From NCBI GenBank assembly GCA_000091205.1, contig AP006487.2: a stretch of DNA of 64,000 nt. One strand, 5' to 3'. Source of the stretch: Cyanidioschyzon merolae. Lineage: Eukaryota. This document shows positions 42,038 through 54,050 of the stretch, in pieces. Under the pieces are notes generated by a model. That model was not told the DNA's origin and did not search any database. It worked only from the letters and a program-made list of their open reading frames with translations. A program made the translations under genes and the position numbers. Each line of letters opens with the position of its first letter. The first letter of the stretch is position 1.

Positions 42038-43374
42038 CCAGATGAAAAATCGTCTTTTTGCGCTGCAAACGAGGCCTGTGAACTGATCGCTTTATCGTTG
42101 ACTTGCAACTTGGCGAAACCGGCGATTTGTGCAAGCGTGTTGCTTCTAGATCTGATGGTGAAGGACGAGAAATACGTTAGTGAGCCCAAGCATCGAACGA
42201 GCGGAGGAGTCTCTGATCGACTCGCACCTGAGCACGCGCTCCCTTCACCCATGGACGCTTTGAACATAGATCCATTGGTAATAGAAAAACAGGAGCAAAC
42301 GGATATGATTTTCGGATGGAATTGCGTCTGAGCGTTTGCTCCTTGCACCTGCACGCGCGTCCAGTATGGATCCAGTGGCAATAGGGAATCGAGAGCAAAC
42401 CGACATCGTTCTAGAGCAGATGAATGCTGCCGACGTTCCGCCGTGATCTCGGTGCGTTGTCGACGCCTCTGGGGCATAGCGCGAGCCTCGGAGTGCTGAC
42501 GCTTGCCCCGCGTTGATCACGACGAGGTCACTTGCCATGGTGCACATTCTGGTTCGCAGCTGACCTGCAGATTCGTTTAGCGGATCGTACGTACTATGCA
42601 TAGGTCGAGCAGGTAGCGTTGGCGGCTTCATACGCGACTGTTTTCCGAGCACCTGACCTGCTGCATCTGGACGAGGCGCGTTGCATTCGCGAGCGTCTCT
42701 CGGTACCGTGGAATGGTCCTCAGAGCGCGTTTCGCTGTATGTTCGCAGTGGAGGAAGCTCGTGCTGAACGCGCTCCCTACGCTGCACAGGACGACTAGCG
42801 GCGTTTTCGGAGTCAGTGCAGCTGCCGTGGCGCTTGGTTTCCCTGTTGTTTGCGCTGGTGTTGCTATTGTCTCTCCTGCAAAGATTCGGAAAGCCGCTGC
42901 CATCGCTAGGAGTCCTGGACGCTCAAACTGGTGCGGTATACGTCCAAGACGAAGGTGCAGGTCGCGTGTACGCCTCAGCATCAGACCTGCAGTCATATTC
43001 GGTGTACACGCGCGTCGGGTTGCCTTCGGATAACGCTAGGGAGCGAGGTTCTCAGCGGGCGTTGGGGCCGGGCCCCTGCTCGACAGCGGCGCATACCAAA
43101 GTCGTGAACACTCGTGAGGTGTCGGATCTCCCGCAGGGCGCGAGTCGCAGAACCCGGACCGTTCGTTCTGACAAGATTCCGCCGACGCTACCTCATATAA
43201 ACTAGACGCGATTCCAATCATTTTACGGATGGCGCTCGTCGATCGCGTGCTCTGCAGTATCCCTTTCGAGTGTGCAGGTCCCGTCCTTTGCATTCTGCCG
43301 GCAACTAACGACTTTCGATCGACTCGCTGGATCATGTTTCGTTCCCCCCCGGAGTGTACATGTCTGACCAACCC

Positions 43375-44457
43375 TCAGTACTTGTAGTCCTTCACATACA
43401 GCGATTCCTGGCTGGCACCGTCGGCGTCCACGAGTTTCCCGAGTTGCGCCTGGCCGTTCGCTCGACAACGTTTCAGAAACGCCTCCTGTGCTGCCGCCAC
43501 ATTCGCCGGATTGCCACTCCAGGCCTTGAGGCAGGACTGCTGCAACGCGCGTCCGTAGCTGAAGCTCAGCGCCCATGGTCTCGAGACGTTCTTCACATTG
43601 TTGATGGCGGCGAGGTTTTGCGTTGCTTCGATTTCACTCTGGCCGCCGGATAGAAACACGATTCCTGGCACCGCCGGAGGTACCGTGCGCGATAGCGTAC
43701 GTACCGTGTAAAAGGCGATCTCAGCGGGTGTCGCTGCGGGTTTGTGCTCTGCTCCTGGCGTCGTCATGGCTGGCTTTAGGAGCGTTCCCTCCAGAAGCAG
43801 ATTCTGGTCTTGGATGGCTTTGTAGACTGCTGCCAGCACCCGCTCCTGTGCGGCCGCCGCCTGCTCGATCGTATGCGACCCATCCATGAGGACTTCGGGC
43901 TCGATGATCGGCACCAGACCTGCCATCTGTGAAATAGCACCGTAGCGTGCAAGCGTGTGCGCATTCTCCGTGATCGCCTGCTGTGACGGGCAACCTGTGG
44001 CGGGATCGATCTTCAAGACCGCACGCCACTTGGCGAACCTCGCACCCGCCTCGTAATATTTCTTAGACCGCTCCAACAGACCATCAAGGCCAAGTGTTGC
44101 GGTCTCGCCGTCGGTTCCTGGTAGCGGCGTGGTGCCCTTGTCGGTTTTGATGCCAACGATGATCCCTTTCTCTCGCAGTAGGTCACAGAGCTGTTTCTTC
44201 CCGTCGGTCGTTTTCGCGAAAAGAGTTTCCTCGAATGTGATGACACCACTGATGAACTCCTCAATACCTGGAGTGCTGAAGAGAAGCTCTCGATACGCAG
44301 TCCGGTTCGCTTCGTTGTTCTCCACCTGGATGCTGCTGAAGCGTTTCCCAATGGTGCCAGTGCTTTCGTCGGCAGCCAGGATGCCTTTCCCGGGCGTTAC
44401 GATTTTTTTCGCTGTTTCAATCAGCTCTGCAGCGTAAGGTGACCAGTGTTCCGGCAT
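43375..44457 (-). CDS. FBA: Fructose-bisphosphate aldolase, class I
   Basis: 360-aa [43 protein letters not shown]......[15 protein letters not shown]...[21 protein letters not shown]...[13 protein letters not shown]. This is full-length class-I aldolase including the Schiff-base Lys region. Confidence 0.95.
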   Translation of the reverse strand: MPEHWSPYAAELIETAKKIVTPGKGILAADESTGTIGKRFSSIQVENNEANRTAYRELLFSTPGIEEFISGVITFEETLFAKTTDGKKQLCDLLREKGIIVGIKTDKGTTPLPGTDGETATLGLDGLLERSKKYYEAGARFAKWRAVLKIDPATGCPSQQAITENAHTLARYGAISQMAGLVPIIEPEVLMDGSHTIEQAAAAQERVLAAVYKAIQDQNLLLEGTLLKPAMTTPGAEHKPAATPAEIAFYTVRTLSRTVPPAVPGIVFLSGGQSEIEATQNLAAINNVKNVSRPWALSFSYGRALQQSCLKAWSGNPANVAAAQEAFLKRCRANGQAQLGKLVDADGASQESLYVKDYKY

Positions 44458-44757
44458 TGCGTATTCTTGCTTGGGTCGTGCTCAGTAGGCAAGAAAACAC
44501 GACGTTGTCCTCGTCCTTGTCGTCGTCACAACCGTACGCTGTATATCGCAGGAATTCGACACGAGTCCGCGATTACGCGTGTGGAGCGCACGGCGCCGTT
44601 GCGTCGTCGCAATCCATCACTGCGCTTCGTCGATCGACGCCTCGCGAGGAGAGCAGCGGCCTGGAGCGCGTCTCGTGACAAGCGTGACAGCGTGCGGTGC
44701 CTGCATGATCGCGCGCGCGCCTCCTGTCGCCTGATCTGATCGGGCACCTCGATGGTT

Positions 44758-44960
44758 CCATTGATGGATGTGGATGCGAGTTGCACCTCAACATGCGTGT
44801 CCGTATTTCTCCGTGCGTGCTTGCCGATGATTCCATTGATGTATGTGGATGCGAGTTGCACCTAAACATGCGTGTCCGTATTTCTCCGTGTGTGCTTGCC
44901 GATGATTCCATTGATGTATGTGGATGCGAGTTGCACCTAAACATGCGTGTCCGTATGGAT
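44758..44960. repeat. Tandem repeat, 75-bp unit x about 2.7, about 300 bp upstream of the aldolase start codon
   Basis: ccattgatgtatgtggatgcgagttgcacctaaacatgcgtgtccgtatttctccgtgtgtgcttgccgatgatt recurs with period 75 (anchors at 44758, 44833 and 44908). Confidence 0.85.
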
Positions 44961-46021
44961 CCGTACCTGTAGGATCGGATCTGATCGCCTCTCTGCTGCC
45001 ATCGACCGCGCGTCCATGCTCGGCGGAGGCTCGATACCGCGCCAAGCCCCGATCAACATTCCAAGAGCTCTAGTCCCAATTTCTAGGTATAGCAGAAAGG
45101 CATCAATACAAGCGAGTTTACGTTGCCTATCGACGGGAAGAAGCCTGTTTCGCGGAGCAGCCGCGCGTCTAGCGAAAAACATGGAAAATCTTCCCCTGCG
45201 GCCGGAAAACTACGGTGCACTGCCTGTGACTGGTTGTAGACCGATCCGAATCGGTGGCATTTTTGACGACTACGCTTCTTGAACGATTCCAGGTATGGAG
45301 GTTCTGCGCTTCCCACACGCCCTCCAGGCGCAATGCGACTCTGGACGCTTCTCTCTTCGCGCGCACGGGCCAAAGTGCACGGGCACTCGAATTCGCGGGA
45401 GTGAAGCACGCAAGCGCGCGACCGCTTCGCCCTATTGCAAGTGGCTGAGAAGCTCGCAGACGCGAGGCAACCTTTAGACGGTCATGCATAGCCTAGGGTG
45501 ATCGATACCGTACCGATGCGAGCGCAGAAAAAAATACACAACGGCCCGTGCCAATTCCCGGCGGGTGTCGCGACCAACAAGTCTCGCACGCTCCGCGTCG
45601 CTTCGTAGGGTCACGCATCCGTACCTGACCACAGCATGTACAGGGATTCCGCGCACGGCACGCATCCTCGAACTAGATGGTGACAGGCAGCTAAGCGTAG
45701 CTGTTTGGTAACCACGCATTCCGAGTTTCGCCACCGGGAACACCCACCGGCACTTGAAACCAAGGCACGAGTCGCAAACCCGAACGATGGTGCCTTTTCC
45801 CAAGACCGATTGCGTTACTTGCTGAGCGCGTACCGTCTAGCGCGCTTCATACGCGTGCTCAACCAGTAGACTGCAGTCGATGCTGCATGCAGAGAATGGG
45901 CAGCAGCGGCCGCAACGGCGCTGAAGAACGCGAGGTCGCGACCTGTGCAGCGTCGCACCGCGGGCCACGACTCGCGAGATAACGAAGCACCGAGCAACAC
46001 CACGTCCTCGTGTACGGCTGC

Positions 46022-48670
46022 TTAGACTTGCGCTGGCGGAACCGGTTGCTGCTGCTGTTGTTGTTGTTGTTGCGTCAAATGCCCCAAGATATCACGTAAA
46101 TAGCGGAGTCGCTTGACCAATTCGGGACAGTTGGGAATCGCATGAAGCCGAAGTTGGATACGTCGCCCGAGTTTGTCGCGGTACGTCACAATACCGTGGC
46201 CTGCCGACAACACCAGCTGTGTTGTGTCGAAAAAGTCGACCTGAATCACACGGTTGCTCAGCCGAAAGATCATTGCATGGCGCGTTCGCATCCAGCGCTT
46301 GAGGTAAATCGGCCGCTGGACTGCAGCAGCAGCACCTGCGCTACCCGGAACGGTACCCTGCGCCACTGGCGGCTCCTGGCCAGGCGGCTGGTGTTCATCC
46401 AGGTGTTGGCGGAAATGCCGCAGTAACGTTACCTTCTTACGCAGGCTCTCTCGATGGTCATTCCAGGTGAAAATCTGCCAGTCGTCGTAGCTTCCAAACG
46501 CCAAGCGTTTTCGCTCCACATACTCGATCGCACTGGCATCGCCGCCCGCATGCAGCATGATTTTGGTTGCATCGTTGAAATAAACCCCGTAATCACCATT
46601 CGAAAGCTGATACCCAACACCGTACTTGGAGGTGTAATCCACCCATTTGCAGATCCAGACTTCGGGTGGCGTGGTCTTGCAGTCGGCTGGCAGGTCGCCC
46701 ATATGAACGGTGCGCGTCGGATCCGCAATCTGGAACGGCGACGCGAGCACACCGCCTCCGCAGGCACCTCGCTGGTCACCCGCTTGCGCGCAGGCAGCGC
46801 TCGAGGCACTACTTCGAGACTGAGCCCCAGAGCGCGCTCCAGGGGGTCCCAGTACCTCCGATGGCGATGCACTGCGAGCAGCCGAGGTCGGGATCATGGC
46901 CTCTGGCGGCAAGCGTGCAAAGCTCGTGGCTAGTTCGTGCTGGGCGCGTCTGAGCATGCCCCGCTCCTCCTCATCCATATCGGCTGCGTCCCAGTGGCCG
47001 CCAGCATCGTTTCCCGCTGCCGCAATGATCTGTCGATCGTGCCGACTGGCGCTCTCGCATGCGGGCGGAGGCATTGCACACGCACGCGCGCCGCTCATCG
47101 GGGTCAGGTTGGCGCTGCCGTCCGTGTGCATGCGTTCGGCAGTGGTGTGTGCTGGCGCTTCTGCGGTACCAAGCTCCATACGCTCCAGCAGGTGCACGAC
47201 ACCAAGGGCATTCCCAGGCGCTGAACCTGCATGCGGCTTCTCCAGTGCTGCGACCGGCCCGGTGCCTGTATGCTTCTTCGTGAACGGATTTCGCGGAAAG
47301 GTTCCCTTTTGAGTGATGCCCTGTACCGCAGGGAGGTTTCTCTCTCGTGCAGAGGTACTTGAGCAAGCCTGTTGTTGCACGCTCTGAGCCGCACTGGGAA
47401 ACCGGGGGCCCGTCGCGCCATCCGCGCTGTCATGATACCGCATACCAGCTGCTTGGACGGCCCCAGACGCGAAATCGAGACCTATTTCTGCGAGTGTTGG
47501 TTCCTCATCGAGCGCCTTGCGCGGCAAGCAACGGGGCACAGGGCCTTGCATGAACTCGCTGCACCAGATATCAGAGAGCTGGGGCCGGCCCTCTGGCGCT
47601 GCATTCAGGATGGACACAATGAGATCACGAGCGGGGCGGCTAATCTGTACCTGCGAAGGGAACGTATAGATGTTGGCCTTGATCCGTTTGTAGGTTGTCT
47701 TCACATCCGCGGTCTCGAATGGCGGCTTGCCAATCAACATGGTGTAGAGAACGACCCCGAGACTCCAGATATCAACCTCGTAACTGTGTCCGTTCTTGCC
47801 GCACAGGATCTCCGGTGCGATGTAGTTCGGGGTGCCGCACATGGTCCGCTTGCGCTCATTATCGTACTCGAGCTTTGCCGCGAGGCCGAAATCTCCAATT
47901 TTGATCTGCAAATCGCTGGTCAAGAATAGGTTCCCGAGTTTAATATCGCGGTGGATGACGCGATTGCGATGCATGTACTCCACCGCCTCCAGGATTTGCA
48001 TCATAAAGTAGCGGCACTCGGGTTCCGTCAGACGTTTGCGTCGTTTCAAAAGTTCCATCATGCTCTGTGCGTCGCACAGCTCGAGTAAAATGTAGACGTG
48101 ATCCTCGTCCTCGAAAAAGTGCTCGAAGCGCACAATATGCGGATGTCGCAACGATCCATGGATTTGGATCTCGCTCCGAAGTTTCTGGCGAGCTCGCAGC
48201 TTCGTCACGGTGCTCTTGTCAATAATTTTTCCAGCGTAGACGCGCTGCGTGCGCGCATCCGTCATTTCGTAGCATTTCGCAAAGCCGCCTTTGCCGAGGA
48301 AACGGCCGCGAATATACGTTGCCACAACCGGCCCGAGAATGTAGCCACTGCCGTCGCTTTGCTCCGTGTTGGAGGTGTCCAGATTCTCCTCAGTGCGCTC
48401 ATTTCCAGCAGCTCGCTTCCGAATGCGCTGTCGCTCTTCAATGATCGCAAAAGCCTGACGCTCAGCTGCGCCGCGACCCGCACCAGGCGAAGCAGCAGCG
48501 GCACTCGAACCCGTGGGAGAGTCGACCACTGCCCTCACCCGCCCGGAACCAGCTTCAGGCCCAGTGCGACCACCGCGCTGGGATGTCGGTGTGCTGCCTG
48601 TGGTAGCTCCAGCGTTAGCGCCACTGCCACCGCCGCCGCCACCTGTTCGGAGGCCCAAGAAAGCCATCAA
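46022..48670 (-). CDS. PLK: Polo-like kinase (PLK1-type: Ser/Thr kinase domain plus two polo boxes) with C-terminal polyQ
   Basis: 882-aa ORF. Kinase domain: GKGGFAKCYEMTD...HRDIKLGNLFL...IGDFGLAA...GTPNYIAPE. Polo box 1: WVDYTSKYGVGYQLSNGDYGVYFNDATKIML. Polo box 2: YLKRWMRTRHAMIFRLSNRVIQVDFFDTTQLVLS. It ends ...TQQQQQQQQQPVPPAQV. Confidence 0.9.
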   Translation of the reverse strand: MMAFLGLRTGGGGGGSGANAGATTGSTPTSQRGGRTGPEAGSGRVRAVVDSPTGSSAAAASPGAGRGAAERQAFAIIEERQRIRKRAAGNERTEENLDTSNTEQSDGSGYILGPVVATYIRGRFLGKGGFAKCYEMTDARTQRVYAGKIIDKSTVTKLRARQKLRSEIQIHGSLRHPHIVRFEHFFEDEDHVYILLELCDAQSMMELLKRRKRLTEPECRYFMMQILEAVEYMHRNRVIHRDIKLGNLFLTSDLQIKIGDFGLAAKLEYDNERKRTMCGTPNYIAPEILCGKNGHSYEVDIWSLGVVLYTMLIGKPPFETADVKTTYKRIKANIYTFPSQVQISRPARDLIVSILNAAPEGRPQLSDIWCSEFMQGPVPRCLPRKALDEEPTLAEIGLDFASGAVQAAGMRYHDSADGATGPRFPSAAQSVQQQACSSTSARERNLPAVQGITQKGTFPRNPFTKKHTGTGPVAALEKPHAGSAPGNALGVVHLLERMELGTAEAPAHTTAERMHTDGSANLTPMSGARACAMPPPACESASRHDRQIIAAAGNDAGGHWDAADMDEEERGMLRRAQHELATSFARLPPEAMIPTSAARSASPSEVLGPPGARSGAQSRSSASSAACAQAGDQRGACGGGVLASPFQIADPTRTVHMGDLPADCKTTPPEVWICKWVDYTSKYGVGYQLSNGDYGVYFNDATKIMLHAGGDASAIEYVERKRLAFGSYDDWQIFTWNDHRESLRKKVTLLRHFRQHLDEHQPPGQEPPVAQGTVPGSAGAAAAVQRPIYLKRWMRTRHAMIFRLSNRVIQVDFFDTTQLVLSAGHGIVTYRDKLGRRIQLRLHAIPNCPELVKRLRYLRDILGHLTQQQQQQQQQPVPPAQV

Positions 48671-49507
48671 GCTCGTTTGAAAGTACGCCGGAGGTCAAAT
48701 ATTCGGCTAAAAAGAAGGAACACCAAACGTTTGTGTCGCGTCCGAGACCCTTGGACGATTCGATGTATGTTCTTCGTTGGAGTCACTCGTATTCAGAAAC
48801 TGTTCGGAAGGCAAGCGCCGTCTAGTGAGCAAATACGCTGCGTACGCTTGCGTCTAGTACTCCAAGTCTGACGCAGCGAGCACCGGATGCAACGTCCTGA
48901 AACGGCTCCCGCGACGCACCCAGAGATCCGCGCATGCGATCGCCTCATCGCCCGCCTCGGGCGCGACGCAATCGTGCAACGCTCGGTGCGTCACGCGCGC
49001 ACAGCCAGCGCACCCATCCCTGATTTCGTTTCGCAGCAGGAAGCGGATGCATACGTGGCGGCGATGCTGCAGCAGGCGTTGCAGGAGCTGTACGTTGAAA
49101 ATATGGACATAAACGGACGGAGCAGATCGAAGCTGAATTAGGGATGAAGCCTTACATCCATACACATCTCTTTACTTCATTGGAAAGCGATGCACATCCT
49201 GTGTGCCTCCGGTCATCAACGCCTGCTTCACGAAACGGATGATTCGGACGGACGGGCGATGACGCTGCCACGAACGCTCTTGGATTTTGGGTACTTGAAT
49301 CCGCAGGTATCCTGTGTGGCTTGTTTCGTTCTTGCATGGATGCAGTGGCCTTCCTTGTTGCGGGCGCTTGCGCTTTTATGTAAAGAGCTACAAGCACGGT
49401 CGTCACTGTAGGGCTGGCGGGTCCTGAGTCACCGATTCAACCGTTTCTGGAACTGGTCCAGCGGCCTGACAAACCGCACCCGGAAACTTGCTCCACAGGA
49501 CTTGCAC

Positions 49508-49540
49508 CTGGTCGGTCGGTCGGTCGGTCGGTCGGTCGAC
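49508..49540. repeat. (TCGG)n tetranucleotide microsatellite, about 70 bp upstream of the transporter ORF
   Basis: ggtcggtcggtcggtcggtcggtcggtcgac, read directly. Confidence 0.9.
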
Positions 49541-49610
49541 AGCGGTGCCTACACGTTACGCCAAACACGCGCGATATCCCTGGCGCGAGCTCGTTCAATA
49601 GATTGTCGCG

Positions 49611-50837
49611 ATGGTACTGAGCGGTTTCACGCGGTTCCGCTCGCAGCTTGTTCTGGGAGTGCTATGCATCGCTTGGTTCTGCTGCAGCGCGCTAATCATT
49701 CTATGGACAAAGTATCTGCTTTCAGGGGGTGCTATCGTGCCTGCCACTCGTGATCAGCGCCCGCTTTTCCCCTTTCCCTTGTTGATAACGCTGTCGAACA
49801 ACACTGGTTGTGCACTGATTGGCGCGGGGCTTGTTCTGGGGAGCTGGCTGCGTAGCAACCTGCACCGCGGCGAGCCTGTGCCATGGTCGCCACCGGTTCG
49901 ATGGCCGACGGGCCCACGTTGGTGGCGGTTTCTCGTGGCAATTGGCGCGTGTACCGCGCTGGAAATAGGCTGCGCCAACTGGTCCCTGCAGAAGCTCACG
50001 GTAGCCTTCAGCACGCTGCTCAAGTGCACCGCACCTTTATTTGTGCTTTTCTGGTCGATTTTGCTCGGCATCGAATTGTTCAGCTGGGTAACTCTCGGAT
50101 CGCTTTTCCTGATGTGCATGGGTGCAGCGCTCATGACAACTGGAGACTCGCTGCAATTCTCAATAGTCGGGGCTACGGTTTTGTTGGCAGGAATCGCATT
50201 AGGTGGATTTCGCTGGGCGCTAAGCCAGGTGATTCTGCAGAGAACTGTACGTGATGGTTCTGCGGACCCAGCGACGAAGACGGCTCAACAGACACGAGTC
50301 GACAAAAGATTGACGCCTTTGGAAGCAGTCGTCCTTCTGGCACCTGTAACGGCGTTTTTTCTGGCACCGGCTGTCTATTTGTTGGAGCTGCGTCCGCTCT
50401 GGGAGTCGCTTCGAGGTCCATCGCGAGAGACGAGCGAGATCTTGGCGATTTTCGGCTCCCTTGCTGGTATCGCTGGTCTCGTTTTTGTACTCTTATGGCT
50501 CGAGTATGCGATTGTCCAGCGAACCTCTTCGCTGGCAATCTCCGTAGTGAGCATCATGAAGGAATTGCTCACGATTCTTGCGGGGATGGTGACGTTCGGG
50601 GACCATGTCGGATGGCGAAGTTTTCTGGGTCTGGCGCTTTCGCAGGGCGGATTCCTGGCTTTTCTGCGACACCGGCAGGGCTGGCTCCAGCGAACCCCGG
50701 ATACAGATGCACCCAGCGAGAACAGCTCTGTCTCGCAACTGGTGCCGACGCAGCCCAGAGATCACCTGGCGCCGTCGGAAGTCATCGAAGCCTCCGATGA
50801 ACCACACGCCGTTTTGCTGGATGTGTCGATGCCCTGA
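49611..50837 (+). CDS. TPT-domain transporter of the drug/metabolite (SLC35 nucleotide-sugar / triose-phosphate translocator) superfamily
   Basis: 408-aa ORF with about 9-10 hydrophobic spans (for example LVLGVLCIAWFCCSALIILW, TAPLFVLFWSILLGIELFSW, VLLAGIALGGFRWALSQVIL). The layout and the ...TLLK...P.F... segment are typical of the TPT/EamA-like fold. Confidence 0.7.
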   Translation: MVLSGFTRFRSQLVLGVLCIAWFCCSALIILWTKYLLSGGAIVPATRDQRPLFPFPLLITLSNNTGCALIGAGLVLGSWLRSNLHRGEPVPWSPPVRWPTGPRWWRFLVAIGACTALEIGCANWSLQKLTVAFSTLLKCTAPLFVLFWSILLGIELFSWVTLGSLFLMCMGAALMTTGDSLQFSIVGATVLLAGIALGGFRWALSQVILQRTVRDGSADPATKTAQQTRVDKRLTPLEAVVLLAPVTAFFLAPAVYLLELRPLWESLRGPSRETSEILAIFGSLAGIAGLVFVLLWLEYAIVQRTSSLAISVVSIMKELLTILAGMVTFGDHVGWRSFLGLALSQGGFLAFLRHRQGWLQRTPDTDAPSENSSVSQLVPTQPRDHLAPSEVIEASDEPHAVLLDVSMP

Positions 50838-51843
50838 TGAGTTTGCGTCTACTCATGACGGTTTCTCTGTATGAGATGCTGTTGGTCCGGCGGCTTCCAT
50901 TGCTAGAGCAATGACAGCCTCGAAAACAAGCTGTAAAACGCCGGCGATACGAGGTTTCACTGATTGGCAGGTTGTTCGTGATCATCGCGCACCGGACGCG
51001 GGGATTGGTTGACGACGTTGAGGATACCTTAGTGTCTGTGCGGAGGCATTATTCTGTCAGATTGTGCAGCTATGTATTGTGAGAACGATCTGGTCTCGTG
51101 CGTGGCAACAGGGACTTGGTGAAACCAGAACCTCAGCGTGACAACTGAAACAAGTACGCTGGCACATGAACGGTACCATAGACTCCGCGATAGGTCAATG
51201 GGGCGCGCAACGTGATCCAGAGGGGCGTTTGTGGCGCGAACAAGTCGCAGCGCTGCTGGCAAACGCTGCAGGATCGTGTGCTCGCATGCTGACTTTGGAA
51301 GCTTCCTCGGCGATACCGGTAAAGAAAACATCGTATCGTTTATAGCGCTGTTGTCTTCGCCTTATATTCGTTTACGGACTTGCCCTGTGTATGCATTAGG
51401 AGCATCGGCACTGACGACCGAGTTCTTCTGGACATCGTCGGCGTTATACTCAGTCATATCCAACAACGGAACGCGGTTATCGTGCAATAGCTCACAAGAA
51501 TAATCATCGCTGGTGCATATAGATGTATATGGCGCTTCAGATTCCATAACTTGCCGAATCCTATCATATCAATGCGTTATTACTGGCGGGCATCCGATTC
51601 TATCTCATGCTCAATGATCTTATGCATCGGACGTCGTCAGCGTTTCAACACAAAACCCAGATTAAGTACTCGACCATTACTTTGATAGTGCGCTCAGCAG
51701 CAAGCCATTGGACGCTCCGAATCCAAGAGTCACTTCCGGATCGTGATCGAGGAACTCAAGCCTCGATACAGAACGTGCTTCGACGCATGATTGCTGGTGA
51801 AATTGCGCTATCGTACGCTTCTCAACTTCGAGTCGCTCGCTTT

Positions 51844-52419
51844 CTATCCAACTGTCCGCTTACCGCACAACACCTCGTGCATCCGTCTCTTTTCCGCGTT
51901 CTTACACTCGACGAGTTTCAGCATGTACACACACTCGTGATGCGTTCGTTTCGTCCTGACGGCACCTGTGGTGACTGGACAGCATCTGTCCCAGTACGCG
52001 TTGAGCGCACCCGTCGAATGCGCAGAAATGCAGTATTTGGGTGCCACAGTACGTCCAGAGCCATCGACTAGCACCAAACGATTCGAGGGGTCGCTGAATT
52101 CCCCTTCCAACCCACTGAGTAACTTAGTGAAGGTTGTTTTGTGGCATCCGTGCACCCGGAACCGTTGCTTACCTACCGGGATCTCACATTCTCCCGCGAA
52201 GGATCGTTCGCTTGAGTCATCTAGAAGTTGGTTTACGCTCTGAATGAAGCGTGCAACGCATCGGCATCTGCTCTGGACGGTGTCGAGAGCGTCGAGATGG
52301 ATCGCGAGGCCATTATTATGCCACGTGTTGGTATGTTCGCTGATGCACATGCTTTCGGACTCTTGATTATACCAAGCCCTGAAAATGTCAAACCGAATTC
52401 CATTTTCTCTCTCAACCAT
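51844..52419 (-). CDS. Hypothetical protein (ORF only)
   Basis: 191-aa ORF; no convincing motif. A Walker-A-like GCHKTT is not canonical. Confidence 0.15.
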   Translation of the reverse strand: MVERENGIRFDIFRAWYNQESESMCISEHTNTWHNNGLAIHLDALDTVQSRCRCVARFIQSVNQLLDDSSERSFAGECEIPVGKQRFRVHGCHKTTFTKLLSGLEGEFSDPSNRLVLVDGSGRTVAPKYCISAHSTGALNAYWDRCCPVTTGAVRTKRTHHECVYMLKLVECKNAEKRRMHEVLCGKRTVG

Positions 52420-54050
52420 CAGTAATCAGGAGCAAGGTTTCATCGAAAATATCGGGAGGCATGAGGGCCGCTAACACCTTCCTATCTCGCATGCCCACTG
52501 AGAATCGCCTGGCGAGGTGCTACCCGGTCAGGGACGCTGGGCTAGCCTTCAGCACGTTACGCGGTTGGCGATATCTAATGATGTCCTGCATTTCACAATT
52601 TTGGAAGATTCCCCTCATTGATGTCTGGTCGTTGTGGGGCCTTTACAACAGCTTTTCCACGGAAATTCCCGATAAGAAAGTTTTTTTCATGCACTACGTC
52701 GTCCTCACGTAAAAAATATCATTTTCTTTACTTCCTGGTGGTTCATTCTTCCACTCCTTGTTCGCCTTGCCATCTACTTGATGGGTTGGCAAGAGTGTGA
52801 TCGCTGCACGCCAAATACGACGCTTTACCAGGGACCCAGACGCACCTGGGGCACTGTCAGACCGAAGCTTTCCTGCTTTCTGCATGTACCTACTATACTT
52901 CAAGAACGTTTTCGTCGCCGTGTCCGTCGCGAGCATGCCCACGAACAGGGATGTGCTCCTTTCCGTATCTCCTCGCGCCCGTCCGGTGAAGCAACTCATC
53001 AGTTCAGGGAAAGCGAAGATAGATGGTGATTTGTCGAAGAACGATGGCACGGATGCAAATTTCCCACATAAACATATTTCAGCGAAAAAATGGCGTTATG
53101 CAACAGTGAACTGCGCCGTTGACTGCGTGGAACAAGGGAGAATCGGCTGACACGAGGAGGACCTCGAACCCATTCTGAGCTGCGTCATCCCTGACCGCTT
53201 TTGATTGATGGAAACCAACGCGCGATAGAGGCAGCACAGAAGCCTGCGCGATGGAGAAGCCACGCACAGCTTCGACGAAGGATGAGGTGTCGGACGATGC
53301 CATCCGTGTTGCGACTTGCAAGCGACCACACCAGAGTATTTCTCGTGATGCTTTTGTTGTCGAAATGCTCGCTTGGTTCTTCTTCACGAACTGTACTTGG
53401 TCCTTTATTCTTTGAGTACCCATAGACAGGTGCACGGTTCTTCCCGAGTACAGTCTCATCGAAGGAGACAAAATCCCGTCGCCTATGCAAGAAGCGTTCC
53501 CCCTCTCTCGTACGAAATCGATCGAGTGCTGTTCAGCGCGCGACGGTCTCATATAGGAGCGCGCCGACCTCTCTGTCGATTTGTGTCATCAATGTCATTC
53601 GTATGAGAGATACAAAAGCTTGGCATCGTGTGGAGTGTTTCGTGCTTTTCCTCAGAGACAGTATGGAGTGGAATGAGCAGTCAAGGATATAGTCCTGAAG
53701 ATACAGCTTAACCGGTTCGGTATACATTGGACAAGGTTCAGATCAACCTCTGAGACAAGGCTGGTTTAATCTCGTGCGGAACTCCTTGAAACTGGCGTGT
53801 ACATGCAGGGCGGTTTCTCGCAAGCTACCAGCGGCAACATCAAGTCTTCCGAGGATTTTTCTTCATTCTACAGGATACATTTCTTCTGTCGAATGCCTCT
53901 CAGAATAACGAAAGCGGGCATGTGTGGGCGCACATATGCAGCGTTCACTGCCCTGAGTATAGCCAAGCGACTGCGACATCCCATCGAGCTGTCCAGTCAT
54001 GATCTGTGCGTATGGCATGCGTCGTGTCTGGTGCCCTCACGGAACTTCAC

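Noticed and set aside
41713-42477. 254-aa minus-strand ORF overlapping the UBA2 3' end
   Set aside because: Antisense to the conserved CDS, no homology, S/A-rich.
42816-43205. 129-aa ORF with a signal-peptide-like start (MQLPWRLVSLLFALVLLLSLLQRFG)
   Set aside because: Short, no homology, and it lies in the convergent 3' region between UBA2 and aldolase. It cannot be supported as a gene from sequence alone.
46454-48871. Several 150-260-aa plus-strand ORFs (46454..46933, 47372..47929, 48098..48871) opposite the Polo-like kinase gene
   Set aside because: All are antisense to the PLK CDS with no recognisable domains; artefacts of GC-rich codon usage.
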